Of a stretch of 64,000 nucleotides of DNA, positions 45,061 through 56,205 are shown one piece after another. Under the pieces are notes generated by a model. That model worked only from the letters and a program-made list of their open reading frames with translations, did no database searches and had not been told where the DNA came from. The stretch's first letter is position 1. Each line of letters starts with the position of its first letter. The position numbers and the translations under genes were made by a program. Origin of the DNA: an uncultured Verrucomicrobiae bacterium (lineage in GTDB: Bacteria; Verrucomicrobiota; Verrucomicrobiia; Palsa-1439); contig CAWEWF010000004.1 of NCBI GenBank assembly GCA_963812605.1, forward strand, positions 256,001 through 320,000, written 5' to 3'.

Positions 45061-45082
45061 AGTACCAAAAATTCTAGATACA

Positions 45083-45146
45083 AGGGCCACGCTCCGTCGT
45101 GGCCGCATTGAGCGCGCAACGGACGCAACAGAGCGCGTCCCTCCAA
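45083..45146. repeat. TGGAG-family REP doublet split by IS110-1
   Basis: (TTGG)AGGGCCACGCTCCGTCGTGGCC ... GGACGCAACAGAGCGCGTCCCTCCAA. Confidence 0.8.
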
Positions 45147-48100
45147 GCCGTAGATTCGCAGGCTACCCCAATTTCAGCAAGGGAGTCTGGAAGACAATCG
45201 CCGGGCTGCTCTGCGGCTTGGCCCTGCTGCTATTGCAGGCTGTCGCTGTCCGCGCCGCGACCGTGACCAGAATTGCCGCCGGATACGACTTCAGCCTGTT
45301 TGTGAAGTCCGATGGCAGCCTCTGGGCCATGGGCGCCAACGGGAACGGACAGTTGGGCGACGGCACCACCACCAGCCACTCGACTCCCGAACAAATTGTG
45401 TCCAGCGGTGTCACGGCAATTGCCGCCGGAAACTCACACAGCCTGTATTTGAAGTCGGACGGCAGCCTCTGGGCCATGGGCATAAACGGGAGTGGCCAGT
45501 TGGGCGACGGCACCACCACCGACCACCACACTCCCGAGCAGATCGTGGCCAGCGGCGTCACGGCAATTGCCGCCGGAAGCTTCCACAGCCTGTTTGTGAA
45601 GTCCGACGGCAGCCTCTGGGCCATGGGTTACAACGGCGATGGCGAGTTGGGCGACGGCACCACCACCAGCCACTCGACTCCCGAACGGATCGTGGCCAGT
45701 GGCGTCACGGCGATTGCTGGCGGAGCCAGCCACAGCCTGTATCTGAAGTCGGACGGCAGCCTCTGGGCCATGGGCTACAACGGGAACGGCCAGTTGGGCG
45801 ACGGCACCACCACCAGCCACTCGACTCCCGAACAGATCGTCGCCGGCGGCGTCACTGCGATTGCCGCCGGAGGAGGCAGGTCTGTAGAGAACCCGCAATT
45901 GTTGGGCTTCAGCCTGTTTGTGAAGTCCGACGGCAGCCTCTGGGCCATGGGCAACAACGACTCCGGCGAGTTGGGCGACGGCACCACCACCGGCGCCAAC
46001 CTACCCGAGCAGATTGTGTCCAGCGGTGTCACGGCGATTGCCGCGGGGGCTAACAACCGTGATTACTTCGGCTTGGGGGCCTTCAGCCTGTTTGTGAAGT
46101 CCGACGGCAGTCTCTGGGGCATGGGCTTCAACGCCGATGGCGAGTTGGGCGATGGCACGACCACCGACACCAGCAGTCCCGAGCGGATCGTGGCCGGCGG
46201 CGTCACGGCAATTGCCGCCGGAGCCGAGGACAGCTTGTTTTTGAAGTCCGATGGCAGCCTCTGGGGCATGGGCTTCAATAGCTCCGGCGAGTTGGGCGAC
46301 GGCACGACCACCGGCACCAACAGTCCCGAGCAGATCGTCGGGCTGCCACCCTGCGGCAGCAGCGTAGATATTTGGATCAGTTCGACGGGCGGTAAATGGG
46401 AAACGGCCGCCAACTGGTCACCTTGCGGCGTGGCGCCCTCCATCGCCGATTCCGCCGACCTCATCACAAATGCCGGCAACAACACCGTCACCATCGACCA
46501 AACCACAGCCGGCAGCTTCCCGTCCACCATGGCCGTCAGCAACTTAACCATTAGCGCCAATGCGCTGCAAGTGACCAACGCCATTGCCACCGAGTTCCAC
46601 ATTCTCAACAATTTCACTCTCACCGGCAATTGGGACGCTGAGTGTGACGAATTCGACAATGGTAATTGACGGTAGCATGGCGGTTGGAGCTAACGGGGCG
46701 GTTGGAATGGTCTGGATGTTGGGTGGCCAACTAGTTGCTACAAATCAGGGCACCTACTTTGGTGCAAATGGAGGCACCGGCCAAATGACGACGTCCAACG
46801 GCACGGTCCTGCTTGGGTTTACAGAAATCGGCAACTTTGGCGGTGTTGGCACGCTGACGGTGGCTGGCGGAACGAACGCTTTCTCAAGCGGTGTATATCT
46901 CGGCTTCGGCGGCGGCGTGGGCACCGTATGGGTCACGGGGGGGCAACTGACAACGAGGAATGCGCTAATGGAAATTGGCGAAGTGGGGCCCGGTCAGATG
47001 GCAGTGTCCAATGGTTTCTGGTTTGCGCAGGATATTGCTGTGGGCGGCCAGAGCGGAGGCGCGGGTACATTGACAATCGCCGGTGGCACGACCGTCGTTT
47101 CCTCAAGCTTGACGGTTGCTGCCGGCAACGGTGTGTACCACCCAAATGGCGCATTGTGGGTGACGGACGGACAATTGGTGGCGACCAACTCCGGAGCGAC
47201 GATAACCATCGGCAACTCCGCCGCCGGTCAGATGACGGTGTCCAACGGCACGGTGCTGGCGGGCAGCATGGTGGTGAGCGAGTTCGTCCCGTGTTGTAAC
47301 GACAGCCAGGGCACATTGACCATCGCCGGCGGCGCATTGACGGTGGACAGCTTCGTCGCCGTCGACGGCTTCAGTAGTGTCGTCACGTTCAACGGCGGTA
47401 CGCTCAACAGTAAGGGTACGAGCGTCACGAACAGCCAGCAATTCGTCGTCGGCGACGGCACGGACGCAGCCACGTACCATTTGCTCGGTGGCGTCCACTC
47501 TTTCGCCAACAACCTAAAGATTCGCAACAACGGCACGCTCAGCGGCTGCGGCACGATCAATGGCAACGTGACCGTGGACGCGGGTGGCCTTGTGCTGGCT
47601 GACTGTGGCGGGGCGCTGACGTTTGGGGGTAGTGTCACCAACAATGGCACGATGAAAGCCATCAACCACAGCGTGCTCGAAGCCTACGGCTTGGTCGTCA
47701 ACAACGGGACGATTGACATCACCGGCGGCGCAACGAATTTCCATGCAGGTTTCGTTAACAATGGGACCGTTATCAGTACCCCACCTGCCATTACCAATAG
47801 TTGGACGGACGGCAACGGCAAATGGGAAGGGGACACGAACTGGTCGCTTGTTTTCCCGCCCTCCAGCGCTGATGCGGCGGACGTGATTACGAACGGGGGA
47901 GTCAATAAGACGGTGACCATTGACGCGACGACCTCGGGGAACTTCCCTTCCACGATGCAGGTAGTCAATTTGGTGGTTTCAGGCGCAGGACTAGGGCCAA
48001 CGGGCCGAGGCAGCACGCTCTCGCTCAACAACGCCGGTCTCGGCACGCCGCTGGAGATCCTTAATGGCCTCTCCGTTGGCTATCTCGGCAGACTTCTCAT

Positions 48101-49166
48101 TACCAACTCCTCGCTGCAGGTGGATGGGTTTTCGGGTGGAGCGTTTATGATCAACGGCTCACCAGGAATCGCGCCGTCTGTGACCCTTTCCAGCGGCTCG
48201 ATCATTGCCACCAACGTGAGCACGTACGTGGGTTACACGAACAATGGTGCCATGACAGTTGCCGGCGGGACGGTATCACTGCGAGATCTGCATGTAGGCT
48301 ATAACGCCGGGTCTTCCGGTGGGCTAACGATCTTGGGCGGTACGAATCAGTTCGCTTCTTTTGACATTGGTTTTGCTGCGGGCGCTGGCGGCTCGGTCAA
48401 CGTCACCGGCGGGCAACTGGCGGTGACCAATGGCGCGACGGTTGTGGGACGGCTGGGTTCCGCTCAAATGACCGTGTCCAACGGCACCCTAACCGTCAGT
48501 TCGCTCGTCGTGACCAACAACATCAATGGTTCAGTGATCGACACCAACCTGTTCACGTTGAGCGCTGGAATGGTCAACAGCGCGGGCGCGGCCGTCACCA
48601 ATGCCTCGCTGTTCCAGGTCGGCGACGGCGCGGATGCGGCCACGTATCACCTGCTCGGCGGTGTGCATTCCTTTGCCAATAACCTGGAAATTCGCAACAA
48701 CGCCACGCTCAGCGGCTGCGGCACCATCAATGGCAACGTGGCGGTGGATGTCGGCGGCACGGTGTCGGCTGACTGCGGTGGCACGCTCACGTTCACGGGC
48801 ATCGTCACCAACAACGGAACGATCACGGCGATTGGTAATACAACATTGGGCTTTCTCGGCAACGTGTTCAACACCGGCACCATCGTCGCCACCAATGGCA
48901 GCGCTCAATTTCTCGGGGGCGTCACCGGCAGCGGCACAATCTTGACCAACTCTATCGTGACCGCGCAGGACATTGGCCTCCGTATATATGATGGAACCAG
49001 CAACATCACGATCGCAGCCGAAGTTGGTACACTGACCTCGGCACTTCGCATAGCCAAGGGCGGAACGAATTACGGCGTCATTTTAGTGGACACAAACTCA
49101 GCGAACGCGTCCCGGATCCGCATCCGAACGTCCGCCGGAATCAAATCATTGGAGAAGCTGCCGTGA
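45083..49166 (+). CDS. Large secreted RCC1-repeat (7-blade beta-propeller) plus beta-helix protein; 5' end interrupted by IS110-1; frameshift near 46630
   Basis: Hydrophobic signal core ending AVRA; seven repeats of SLFVKSDGSLWAMGxNxxGxLGDGTTT; passenger-like repeats continue in ORF 46584-49166. Confidence 0.85.
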
Positions 49167-49204
49167 TCAGGAGGGATATGAAAACAAGCGACATTTTTCT
49201 CTTT

Positions 49205-49233
49205 CTGTCATTCCGAGCTTGTCGAGGAATCTC
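49205..49233. repeat. Short palindromic repeat of a further type
   Basis: TGTCATTCCGAGCTTGTCGAGGAATCTC; resembles dispersed bacterial palindromic repeats, but only one copy is in this window. Confidence 0.45.
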
Positions 49234-49257
49234 AGTCGTGCCGGGAGGAATGAGAGG

Positions 49258-49342
49258 ATGAAAAGGGGTGCTTCTGTAGCGGCGCTCTATGAGCGCCGAG
49301 GGTTCACGCAATGGATACGGACGGCGGTCATAGACCGCCGCT
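49258..49342 (+). CDS. Detached 5' end of a secreted-protein gene, containing a GTAG REP doublet and cut off by IS110-2
   Basis: ATG at 49258 after a GGAGG-rich site reads MKRGASVAALYERRGFTQWIRTAVIDRR and joins in frame at the CT core to 50595 (YSFCVIAIFG...). REP arms: GTAGCGGCGCTCTATGAGCGCCG and CGGCGGTCATAGACCGCCGCT(AC). Confidence 0.72.
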
Positions 49343-49359
49343 TGTATCTTGCCCGATAT

Positions 49360-49595
49360 GGTTCCTTATTGTAGCCCCGTAGGGGAACCGACCATGGTGG
49401 ACAAGCCGGGGAAAGGTGAATCTGTGACCGCCGCCAGGCCCACGAGCCTGAGCTGTAGATTCGATCCCTTTCCCCGTGGTCGGCTCAGGCCGAACGGTAT
49501 CGGAGGTCCTCCGAACGCCTTCGGAGTGAACCTGTATGCACAAGCCCGGCCACGCCAACCGATCCGTCCACCGCCCACACTCAACCATAAGGAGA
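49360..49595 (+). ncRNA. Predicted bridge RNA of IS110-2 (ends approximate)
   Basis: Left target guide GACCGCCGC (49426-49434), right target guide AGCTGTAG (49451-49458), left donor guide ACGGTATC (49494-49501), right donor guide ACAAG (49540-49544); the target loop is closed by GAAT/ATTC and contains a CAGGC/GCCTG hairpin. Confidence 0.85.
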
Positions 49596-49600
49596 CTGCC

Positions 49601-50578
49601 ATGACAAGTTATCACCCACTGGGCCTGGACATCGCCAAACGCACCGTCGACGCGGCGTTGTTGCTAGACAAGGGCCGCTATCGCCATCATCAATTCACCA
49701 ATTCGCCGACCGGTTTCACCGCACTGGCCGCTTGGCTGCGCCGACATGCCACCGGCCCCGTTCACGCCGGCTTGGAAGCCACCGGCAGTTATGGCAACGC
49801 GCTGGCGCTATTCCTGCACCAGCAAGGCACGCCTGTGAGCGTCATCAACCCGACGCGGATCCATGCCTTTGCCCAGAGCGAATTGTCGCGTAATAAGACC
49901 GATCCCCTGGATGCCGCGCTCATCGCCCGCTTCGTGGCCACCCAGCAACCGCCACCGTGGACACCCCCACCGCTGGAACAACGCCAACTCCAAAGCCTGG
50001 TGCGTCGGATCGAGGCGCTCCAAGCCATGCGCCAGCAAGAACGCAACCGATTGGATCTGGAAGCCGACGACAGTCTGGTGGCCGATTCCTTGCGCCAGCA
50101 CCTGGCTTATCTGGACGCACAACTGCGCGGCCTCCAACAACGTCTGCGCCAACACCTCCGAGCGCATCCGCCGTTACAACACCAAAACGATCTGTTGCAG
50201 ACCATCCCGGGCATTGGGGAAACCACGGCGCTCAAACTGTTGGCCGAAATGCCCGGTCTGGCCCAGTGGTCCAGCGCCCGGCAAGTCGTGGCCTATGCGG
50301 GACTCAATCCGCAGCAGCGCACCTCGGGCAGTTCGGTGCGCGGGCGCAGCCATCTGAGCAAGATCGGCAATGCACGCCTGCGCCGTGCCCTCTACCTGCC
50401 GGCCGTGGTGGCGATGCGTTACAACCCACTGCTCAAAGCGTTTGCCCAGCGATTACGGGAACGCAACAAACCCCCGATGGTCATCGTCGGCGCCGTCATG
50501 CGCAAACTGTTGCACCAAGCCTATGGCGTCCTCAAACACGCCACCCCTTTCAATCCCAACCACGCAACGACCCATTGA
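49601..50578 (+). CDS. IS110 DEDD recombinase, intact
   Basis: LGLDIAK, GLEATG, NKTDPLDA, IPGIG, YAGLNPQQRTSGSS and GAVMRKL motifs; AAGGAG ribosome-binding site. Confidence 0.96.
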   Translation: MTSYHPLGLDIAKRTVDAALLLDKGRYRHHQFTNSPTGFTALAAWLRRHATGPVHAGLEATGSYGNALALFLHQQGTPVSVINPTRIHAFAQSELSRNKTDPLDAALIARFVATQQPPPWTPPPLEQRQLQSLVRRIEALQAMRQQERNRLDLEADDSLVADSLRQHLAYLDAQLRGLQQRLRQHLRAHPPLQHQNDLLQTIPGIGETTALKLLAEMPGLAQWSSARQVVAYAGLNPQQRTSGSSVRGRSHLSKIGNARLRRALYLPAVVAMRYNPLLKAFAQRLRERNKPPMVIVGAVMRKLLHQAYGVLKHATPFNPNHATTH

Positions 50579-50593
50579 CAACCAAGACGGTAT

Positions 50594-51488
50594 CTACAGC
50601 TTCTGCGTGATTGCGATCTTTGGGATCAGTATCCGCTGCTTATCCACCTTTGCCGCCAGCACCGTCACCACCAGCAGCCTTGACGGCGGCGGACTGCACG
50701 CGACCAGCGCTAATTACTCGATGGATAGTAGCGTCGGCGACATCGGCGGGATTTCCAGCGGCGGGAACATCTCGACCCTGCCCGGCTCCGTCGGTCAACT
50801 CACCGAGATCGTCAGTATCAGCGTCACCAGCACACCCTGGCATCGTCAACGAAGACGCGACCAGCCAGCTCAGCGCTACCGCCTCCTTCGATGACAACAG
50901 CGTGTCCATCCTCTCGGGCAGCGACGTTGCATGGGCCAGCGCGGTCTACCCACTGGCCTCGATCGACAGCAACGGCTTGGCAACGGCGGCGTCCGTGTAT
51001 GCCACGACCAATGGCGTATTCAGCGGTTTCTACCTGGGCCTCTCCAGCACCGGCCTCGTGGCCGTGATCGACAGCAATCCCGACAACTACGGCAGCTACG
51101 CCGGCGATGGCATACCGGACAGTTGGCAGGTGCAATATTTCGGCACGAACAATCCCAAAGCCGCGCCGGGCATTGACGCGGATGGCACCGGAAACAGAAC
51201 AATCTCTTCAAGTACACCGCCGGCCTCGACCCAACTAACCCCACCTCAATCTTCGTATTGAAAATCGCCAGCGTCACCGGCCAGCCGACGCAGAAGAACC
51301 TGATCTTCAACCCCATCGCCGGCGGACGGACGTATATCATCGAAGCCAGAACGAATCTGCTCAGCGGCAGTTACGCCGCGCTCGCCAGCGCCAGCGGTCC
51401 GGTCACCAACGTCAACCAGGTCACCGTAACCGATCTAAGCGCCACGCAGACCTCGAAGTTCTACCGCGTCCACGTTTCGCTGCCGTAA
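50594..51488 (+). CDS. Secreted protein with Ig-like domain, Ca-binding-type DGIPDSWQ motif and FYRV C-terminal domain; interrupted by IS110-2; frameshifts near 50840 and 51195
   Basis: Pieces in three frames: SLDGGG...SANYS; TSQLSATASFDD...GDGIPDSWQVQYFG; GRTYIIEARTNL...FYRVHVSLP. Confidence 0.75.
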
Positions 51489-51693
51489 CGCGAGCGTCCC
51501 GCTTGCGGTGCCCCGCCATTGTTGTGTGCTGTTGGGTATCACGCCTTTTACCGCGGCGCGATACCGTCGTCAAAACATCCCCAGCGCTCCCCGCAGCCTT
51601 GCGCAAAACCTTTTTGACATTGCTGCGGGCTGCTGACACACTTTGGGGCCCCGATCAGGTCAAGGGATTGATTGTAAGGCTCGTGCCACGCTC

Positions 51694-54211
51694 ATGGGTT
51701 CACGAAAAAAACAAACTGCCGCGAAGAAAAAAGAAATGCAACAGCCAGAGGCTGAAGCACCTCCGAAGACCAAGTTGTGGCCGGCGGTGGGAACTTCCGC
51801 CCATCTGGCGATCGTTTTCGTCCTCGGTGTGATCGTGCTCTTGACCTACAGCAACACCGTGCACAACACGGGTTTTGCGCTGGATAATAAATTCATCATC
51901 CTCGAAGACCCTCGATTGCGCGACGCCAGCCCGAGCAACATCCAAGCTCATCTTCAACCAGGATTACTGGTGGCCGAAGGCGGTGAGCGGACTCTATCGG
52001 CCGTTGACCACGCTGTCCTACCTCTTCAACTATCACACCCTCGGCAACGCCGACCACGCCGCGGGCTATCACTGGATCAATTTCTTCCTGCACTGGGCCA
52101 ACACGGTGCTTGTCTATTTCACCGTGCTGGTCTTGATGGAGCGGCTCTGGCCGGCGTTTTTTGCCGCCGCGCTGTTTGGCACCCATCCGCTGGCCACCGA
52201 ATCGGTAACGAACATCATTGGGCGCTCCGATCTGTTTGCGACGCTGTTTTTGTTGGTCGGCTTCCTGTGTTACGTAAAAAGCACCACGACAGACAGCCAG
52301 CGCAAGCCGTGGACCGGTCTTCAGATCGCTACGGCAGCGATTTCCGCGGTATTGGCGGGATTCATCCTGCTCTGCTGGCGCCAGCCGGCCTCGGTTCCTC
52401 CATCACTGCTAAACTGGACCTGCATCATCATCGCCCTGGTGTCGCTTGCGGCCTCGACACTGACATTTGCCTGTCTGCTGGGCGGTTGGGGCAAATTTCC
52501 CTCCCTGCTGCTCTTGCTGGTGTCGACGGCCATCGGCGTGTTCTGCAAGGAGACCGGGATCGTCGTGCTCGGGGTATTGATGCTCTATGATTTCACCTTT
52601 CGCATTCGCCGGAAGCACCCGAATTGGCTGATCAACCTCGTCTCGAACTTCTGGGAGTTTGCGCTCAAGGGCTATATCGTGCTGGCCGCGCCCGTTCTGG
52701 CGATGTTTTATACGCGCAGTTGGGTCTTCGGAAATTTGCGCCCGCCCGAGCTGCCCTGGGTGGACAATCCTCTGGCGATGCCCGGCGTCGGTTTCTGGAC
52801 GGCGCGCCTGACGGCCATCAAGGTCATCGGAAAATACTTCTGGCTGCTTCTCTGGCCGCAGGTGCTCTCGTGCGACTATTCCTACAACCAAATCCCGATC
52901 GTCGATTGGCATTTCAGCACGCTCGAAGATTGGAAAGCCGTCGTCGCGTTGATCGCGGTGGTGACGGTGGTGCTCGTGGCCGTCCGCAATTATCAGCGCA
53001 ACAAGCCCCTCTTTTTCTTCGTTTTCTTTTTCTTCGGGACCTTGCTGCCCACCTCGAACCTCTTTCCGAAACTGGGGGAACCGCTCTTGGACAGGTTGAG
53101 CTGGTGCATCGGCAGCATTATGGCGGAGCGCTTCCTCTATATGCCGCTGATTGGATTCGCCGGCTGCGCCGTGCTGGCCGTTTACGCGATCTGCCGGCAC
53201 CTGATTCCGCAGTTGGACGTCTCGGGATGGGCGCAACGCATCTGGTTGCAGGTCGTGGCCCCCACCGCGCTGAGTTTGATGGTCGTTGCCTACGGCGCGC
53301 GTTCGTTCCTCCGCAATCCTGACTGGGAGGACGATGAGCACCTCTGGACGAAAGCCGTCGAAGCCTGCCCGGACAGTTTTAAGAGCCACAAGTCGCTCGC
53401 CTTTGCGATTTATGAAAAGGATCCCGAGGGCAAGAATATCGACCGCGTCATCGCGGAAGGCGAAAAGGCCCGCGCGGTTACCGACAAAACACAAATCGTC
53501 CTGCTCCACCTCGGCGCCTACTACCGCATCAAGGGCGATACACTCGCCCGACACGCGCCCGATGGCTCGCTCGTGCCGACGGCGGCCAGCATGCCCTGGT
53601 ACGAAAAATCGGTGGAAGCTCTTAGCAAGGCAGTGCCGTTGGACCACGAATTCAATGACGACAACCGCACCAAGGAACTGAAGCGTGGCCGCAATCCGGA
53701 CCAGATCCCGGATATCGGCAACCATGAGATTTACTGGAACCTCGGGCTTTCCTACATGCGCATGTCCCAGTACCAGCAGGCGCTCGACGCCTACTTCTAC
53801 ATGCGCCACCTCGGGCCTACGAATCCCGACGCCTACCTCAGCATCGCTTCGGTTTACCTCTCGACGGGACATATCGAGGAAGCCGGCATCTCGTTGCTGC
53901 AAGCCCTGTTGCTCGATAGCAACCGCGCAGAAGCCCTGCGGTTGCTCGTGGACATTTACCACCAGATCGACCACGAAGGATGTTCGATCGTCATGAATCA
54001 GGGCCAGCCGCGCCTCAATTCCGACTGTCCGCTGGTCCATAATCATATCTGCTCCGCCTACTACGGGCTCGTCCAGGTATTTCTGGAAGCCAAGCAATTT
54101 GACCTGGCGAAGCAGACCCGGCAAACCGCGCTTCAGGGCTACCATTGCCCGCCAGAATCGTTCCAACAACCAATCCCCGACCAACCGTCTACCGCGAGTT
54201 CGAAACCATGA
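51694..54211 (+). CDS. TMTC-like (GT-C) membrane glycosyltransferase with TPR repeats; frameshift near 51945
   Basis: FALDN, LYRPLTTLSY, HPLATESV, GRSDL, KETG, LSCDYS, AERFLYMP and RNPDW motifs, then TPR-like repeats. Confidence 0.85.
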
Positions 54212-55581
54212 CCAAAACCCTTTGCGGCCTTGTTGCCGCCTTCTTGTTTTTCTCCATCGTGAAATCAACGCCGGGCGCGGATGCGCCCGGACTTCCCCAG
54301 ACGATGACGCTTCAGGATTGCCTTGACCTTGCGCTCAAACAGAATCCGTCGATCCTCAAGGCCCAGCAAGAAATCCGCCGTAGCCAGGGCGTCATCGTGG
54401 AAACCCGCGGCGCCGCCGTGCCTCAAATCACCGCCTCCGGTTCCGGCGAGATGATCGCCCGAAGCGCCATTGATGCGTTCCCATTTCCTGCCGGCACCGG
54501 TGGCGGGGGTTCCAACACTGTTTTTAAGAACCAAACACAGCCTTGGAGTGCCCAGGTCCAGATCTCGCAGTTGCTCTACGAGGGTGGACGCGTCAGCGCC
54601 GCCGTTCGTGCCGCGAAATTGTCCGACAAGATCGCAGTGCTCGGTTTCCAAAAAGCGGTTGCCGATACCATTCTCGACGTGCGCAAGGCATTCTACCAAA
54701 TTCTCTTAAACAAGGCTCTCGCCGAAGTCCGCGAAGAATCCGTGACACTGCTGGAACAGCAACTCTTGGACGCGCAATCACGCTACGATGTGGGCTCCAT
54801 CCCGCGATTCAATGTTCTCCGCGCCGAAGTCGAGCTGGCCAACGCCAAACCGCCGCTCATCCGCGCCCAAAACGACCTGCGCATCTCCAAGGAGTCCCTG
54901 GTGAAATTGCTGGCCATCGATTCCCCGGCCCAAACGAACGATTTCACACCGATTAATTTCGAGGGCCAGCTCGTCTATGAACATCGTGCCTGGGATCTTT
55001 CGACCGCCCTGCAGCAGGGCCTCGAGCATCGGCCGGAGTTGCTACAAGCCGAACAGCAAATCGGTGTCGCAAAAGCCAATGTCAAAGTCGCTTCTTCCGG
55101 CTACAAACCGGAAGCCTCGATCTTCGGCAACTATGGCTGGCATGATGACACGTTCTTCAACGAGCCGGATGTTACGCGGGAAGGTTGGACAGCCGGTGCC
55201 AGTGTGAGCTGGGCGCTTTTCGACGGCATGGTCACCCGCGGCAAGGTCACCGAGGCGCGCGCTCAATTGGAGGAAGCGAACCTCGATTACGCCGACACGC
55301 GCCGCCAGGTGGAACTCGATGTGCGCCAGGCCTATTCCGACTATCTTCAGACCCTTGAGTTGATCGAGGCCCAGAAAAAAACCGTGGAGGAAGCCGAGGA
55401 AAGCCTGCGGTTGGCCGAGGCGCGGTTCCGCGCCGGCACCGGCACGCAGTTGGACGTTCTGAGCGCCCAGACTGCGCTCAGCGACGCCCGTTCCAATGAA
55501 GTCCAGGCGCTCCACGATTACAATGTCGCCATCGCCACGCTGGAGCGCGTCACCGGGATGACGGTGAGCGTCGCCAATTGA
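54208..55581 (+). CDS. TolC-family outer-membrane efflux protein
   Basis: Signal peptide, MTLQDCLDLALKQNP and ARFRAGTGTQLDVLSAQ motifs. Confidence 0.93.
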   Translation: MTKTLCGLVAAFLFFSIVKSTPGADAPGLPQTMTLQDCLDLALKQNPSILKAQQEIRRSQGVIVETRGAAVPQITASGSGEMIARSAIDAFPFPAGTGGGGSNTVFKNQTQPWSAQVQISQLLYEGGRVSAAVRAAKLSDKIAVLGFQKAVADTILDVRKAFYQILLNKALAEVREESVTLLEQQLLDAQSRYDVGSIPRFNVLRAEVELANAKPPLIRAQNDLRISKESLVKLLAIDSPAQTNDFTPINFEGQLVYEHRAWDLSTALQQGLEHRPELLQAEQQIGVAKANVKVASSGYKPEASIFGNYGWHDDTFFNEPDVTREGWTAGASVSWALFDGMVTRGKVTEARAQLEEANLDYADTRRQVELDVRQAYSDYLQTLELIEAQKKTVEEAEESLRLAEARFRAGTGTQLDVLSAQTALSDARSNEVQALHDYNVAIATLERVTGMTVSVAN

Positions 55582-55584
55582 TCC

Positions 55585-56205
55585 ATGCAGTTCGAAACCT
55601 TCGCGCCGCTGCGCCAGTTCCCGTTCATCACCCACGGGTTCACCCTGCGCACGACCGAGGACACGAAGGCCGACAATTTTGAGGGGCGCGCGCTTGCGGC
55701 CCTGGGATTTTCCCCCACCCATTTTGCTTCCGCCGAACAAACGCACGGGAATGGCGTGGCGGTCATCCTGGAAACGACCGGGAAGCGCGCGCCGCTGGTC
55801 GACGCGCTGGTGACGTCCACCAGAAATCTGCCGCTGGTGATTCGCTGCGCGGACTGTGCCGCCGTATTTCTCGTTGATCCTCGGACACCGGCTATCGCCC
55901 TGATTCATTCCGGTAAGAAAGGAACGCTGGCCAACATCGTGGGAAATACGGTGTCGACGATGCGGGAGAAATTCGGCACGAATCCGGCCGATTGCGCTTC
56001 CTTTATCAGTCCCTCCATCGGGCCGTGCCATTACGAGATGGATGTCTGGACCGGTCTCGAACAGCAATTGCGCCAGGCGGGTGTGAGTGAGGTCCACAAC
56101 CCGCGCGTCTGCACGGCTTGCCATCTTGACCGTTATTTCTCTTACCGGGCTGAAAAAGGTCGAACAGGACGAATGCTCGCCGTCCTCGCCCTGACGCCAC
56201 CATGA
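55585..56205 (+). CDS. YfiH/PgeF (polyphenol-oxidase family) protein
   Basis: EQTHG, DALVT, ADC, HSGKKG, PSIGPCHYE, FSYR and GRM motifs. Confidence 0.9.
   Translation: MQFETFAPLRQFPFITHGFTLRTTEDTKADNFEGRALAALGFSPTHFASAEQTHGNGVAVILETTGKRAPLVDALVTSTRNLPLVIRCADCAAVFLVDPRTPAIALIHSGKKGTLANIVGNTVSTMREKFGTNPADCASFISPSIGPCHYEMDVWTGLEQQLRQAGVSEVHNPRVCTACHLDRYFSYRAEKGRTGRMLAVLALTPP

Larger units (their letters stand above)
49343..50595 (+). mobile_element. IS110-family (IS621-like) element, IS110-2
   Basis: CT core at 49341-49342 and 50594-50595; donor junction ACGGTAT-CT-TGTAT; about 260-nt non-coding left end. Confidence 0.93.

Noticed and set aside
45260-46340. Roughly 150-bp tandem DNA repeats as a CRISPR or ncRNA array
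   Set aside because: They are in-frame RCC1 blades of a protein, with no unique spacers and no cas genes.
52409-54268. Long antisense ORFs (for example 52409-54268, 23014-24750, 28083-29411)
   Set aside because: Shadow frames of real genes in GC-rich DNA, with no recognisable motifs.
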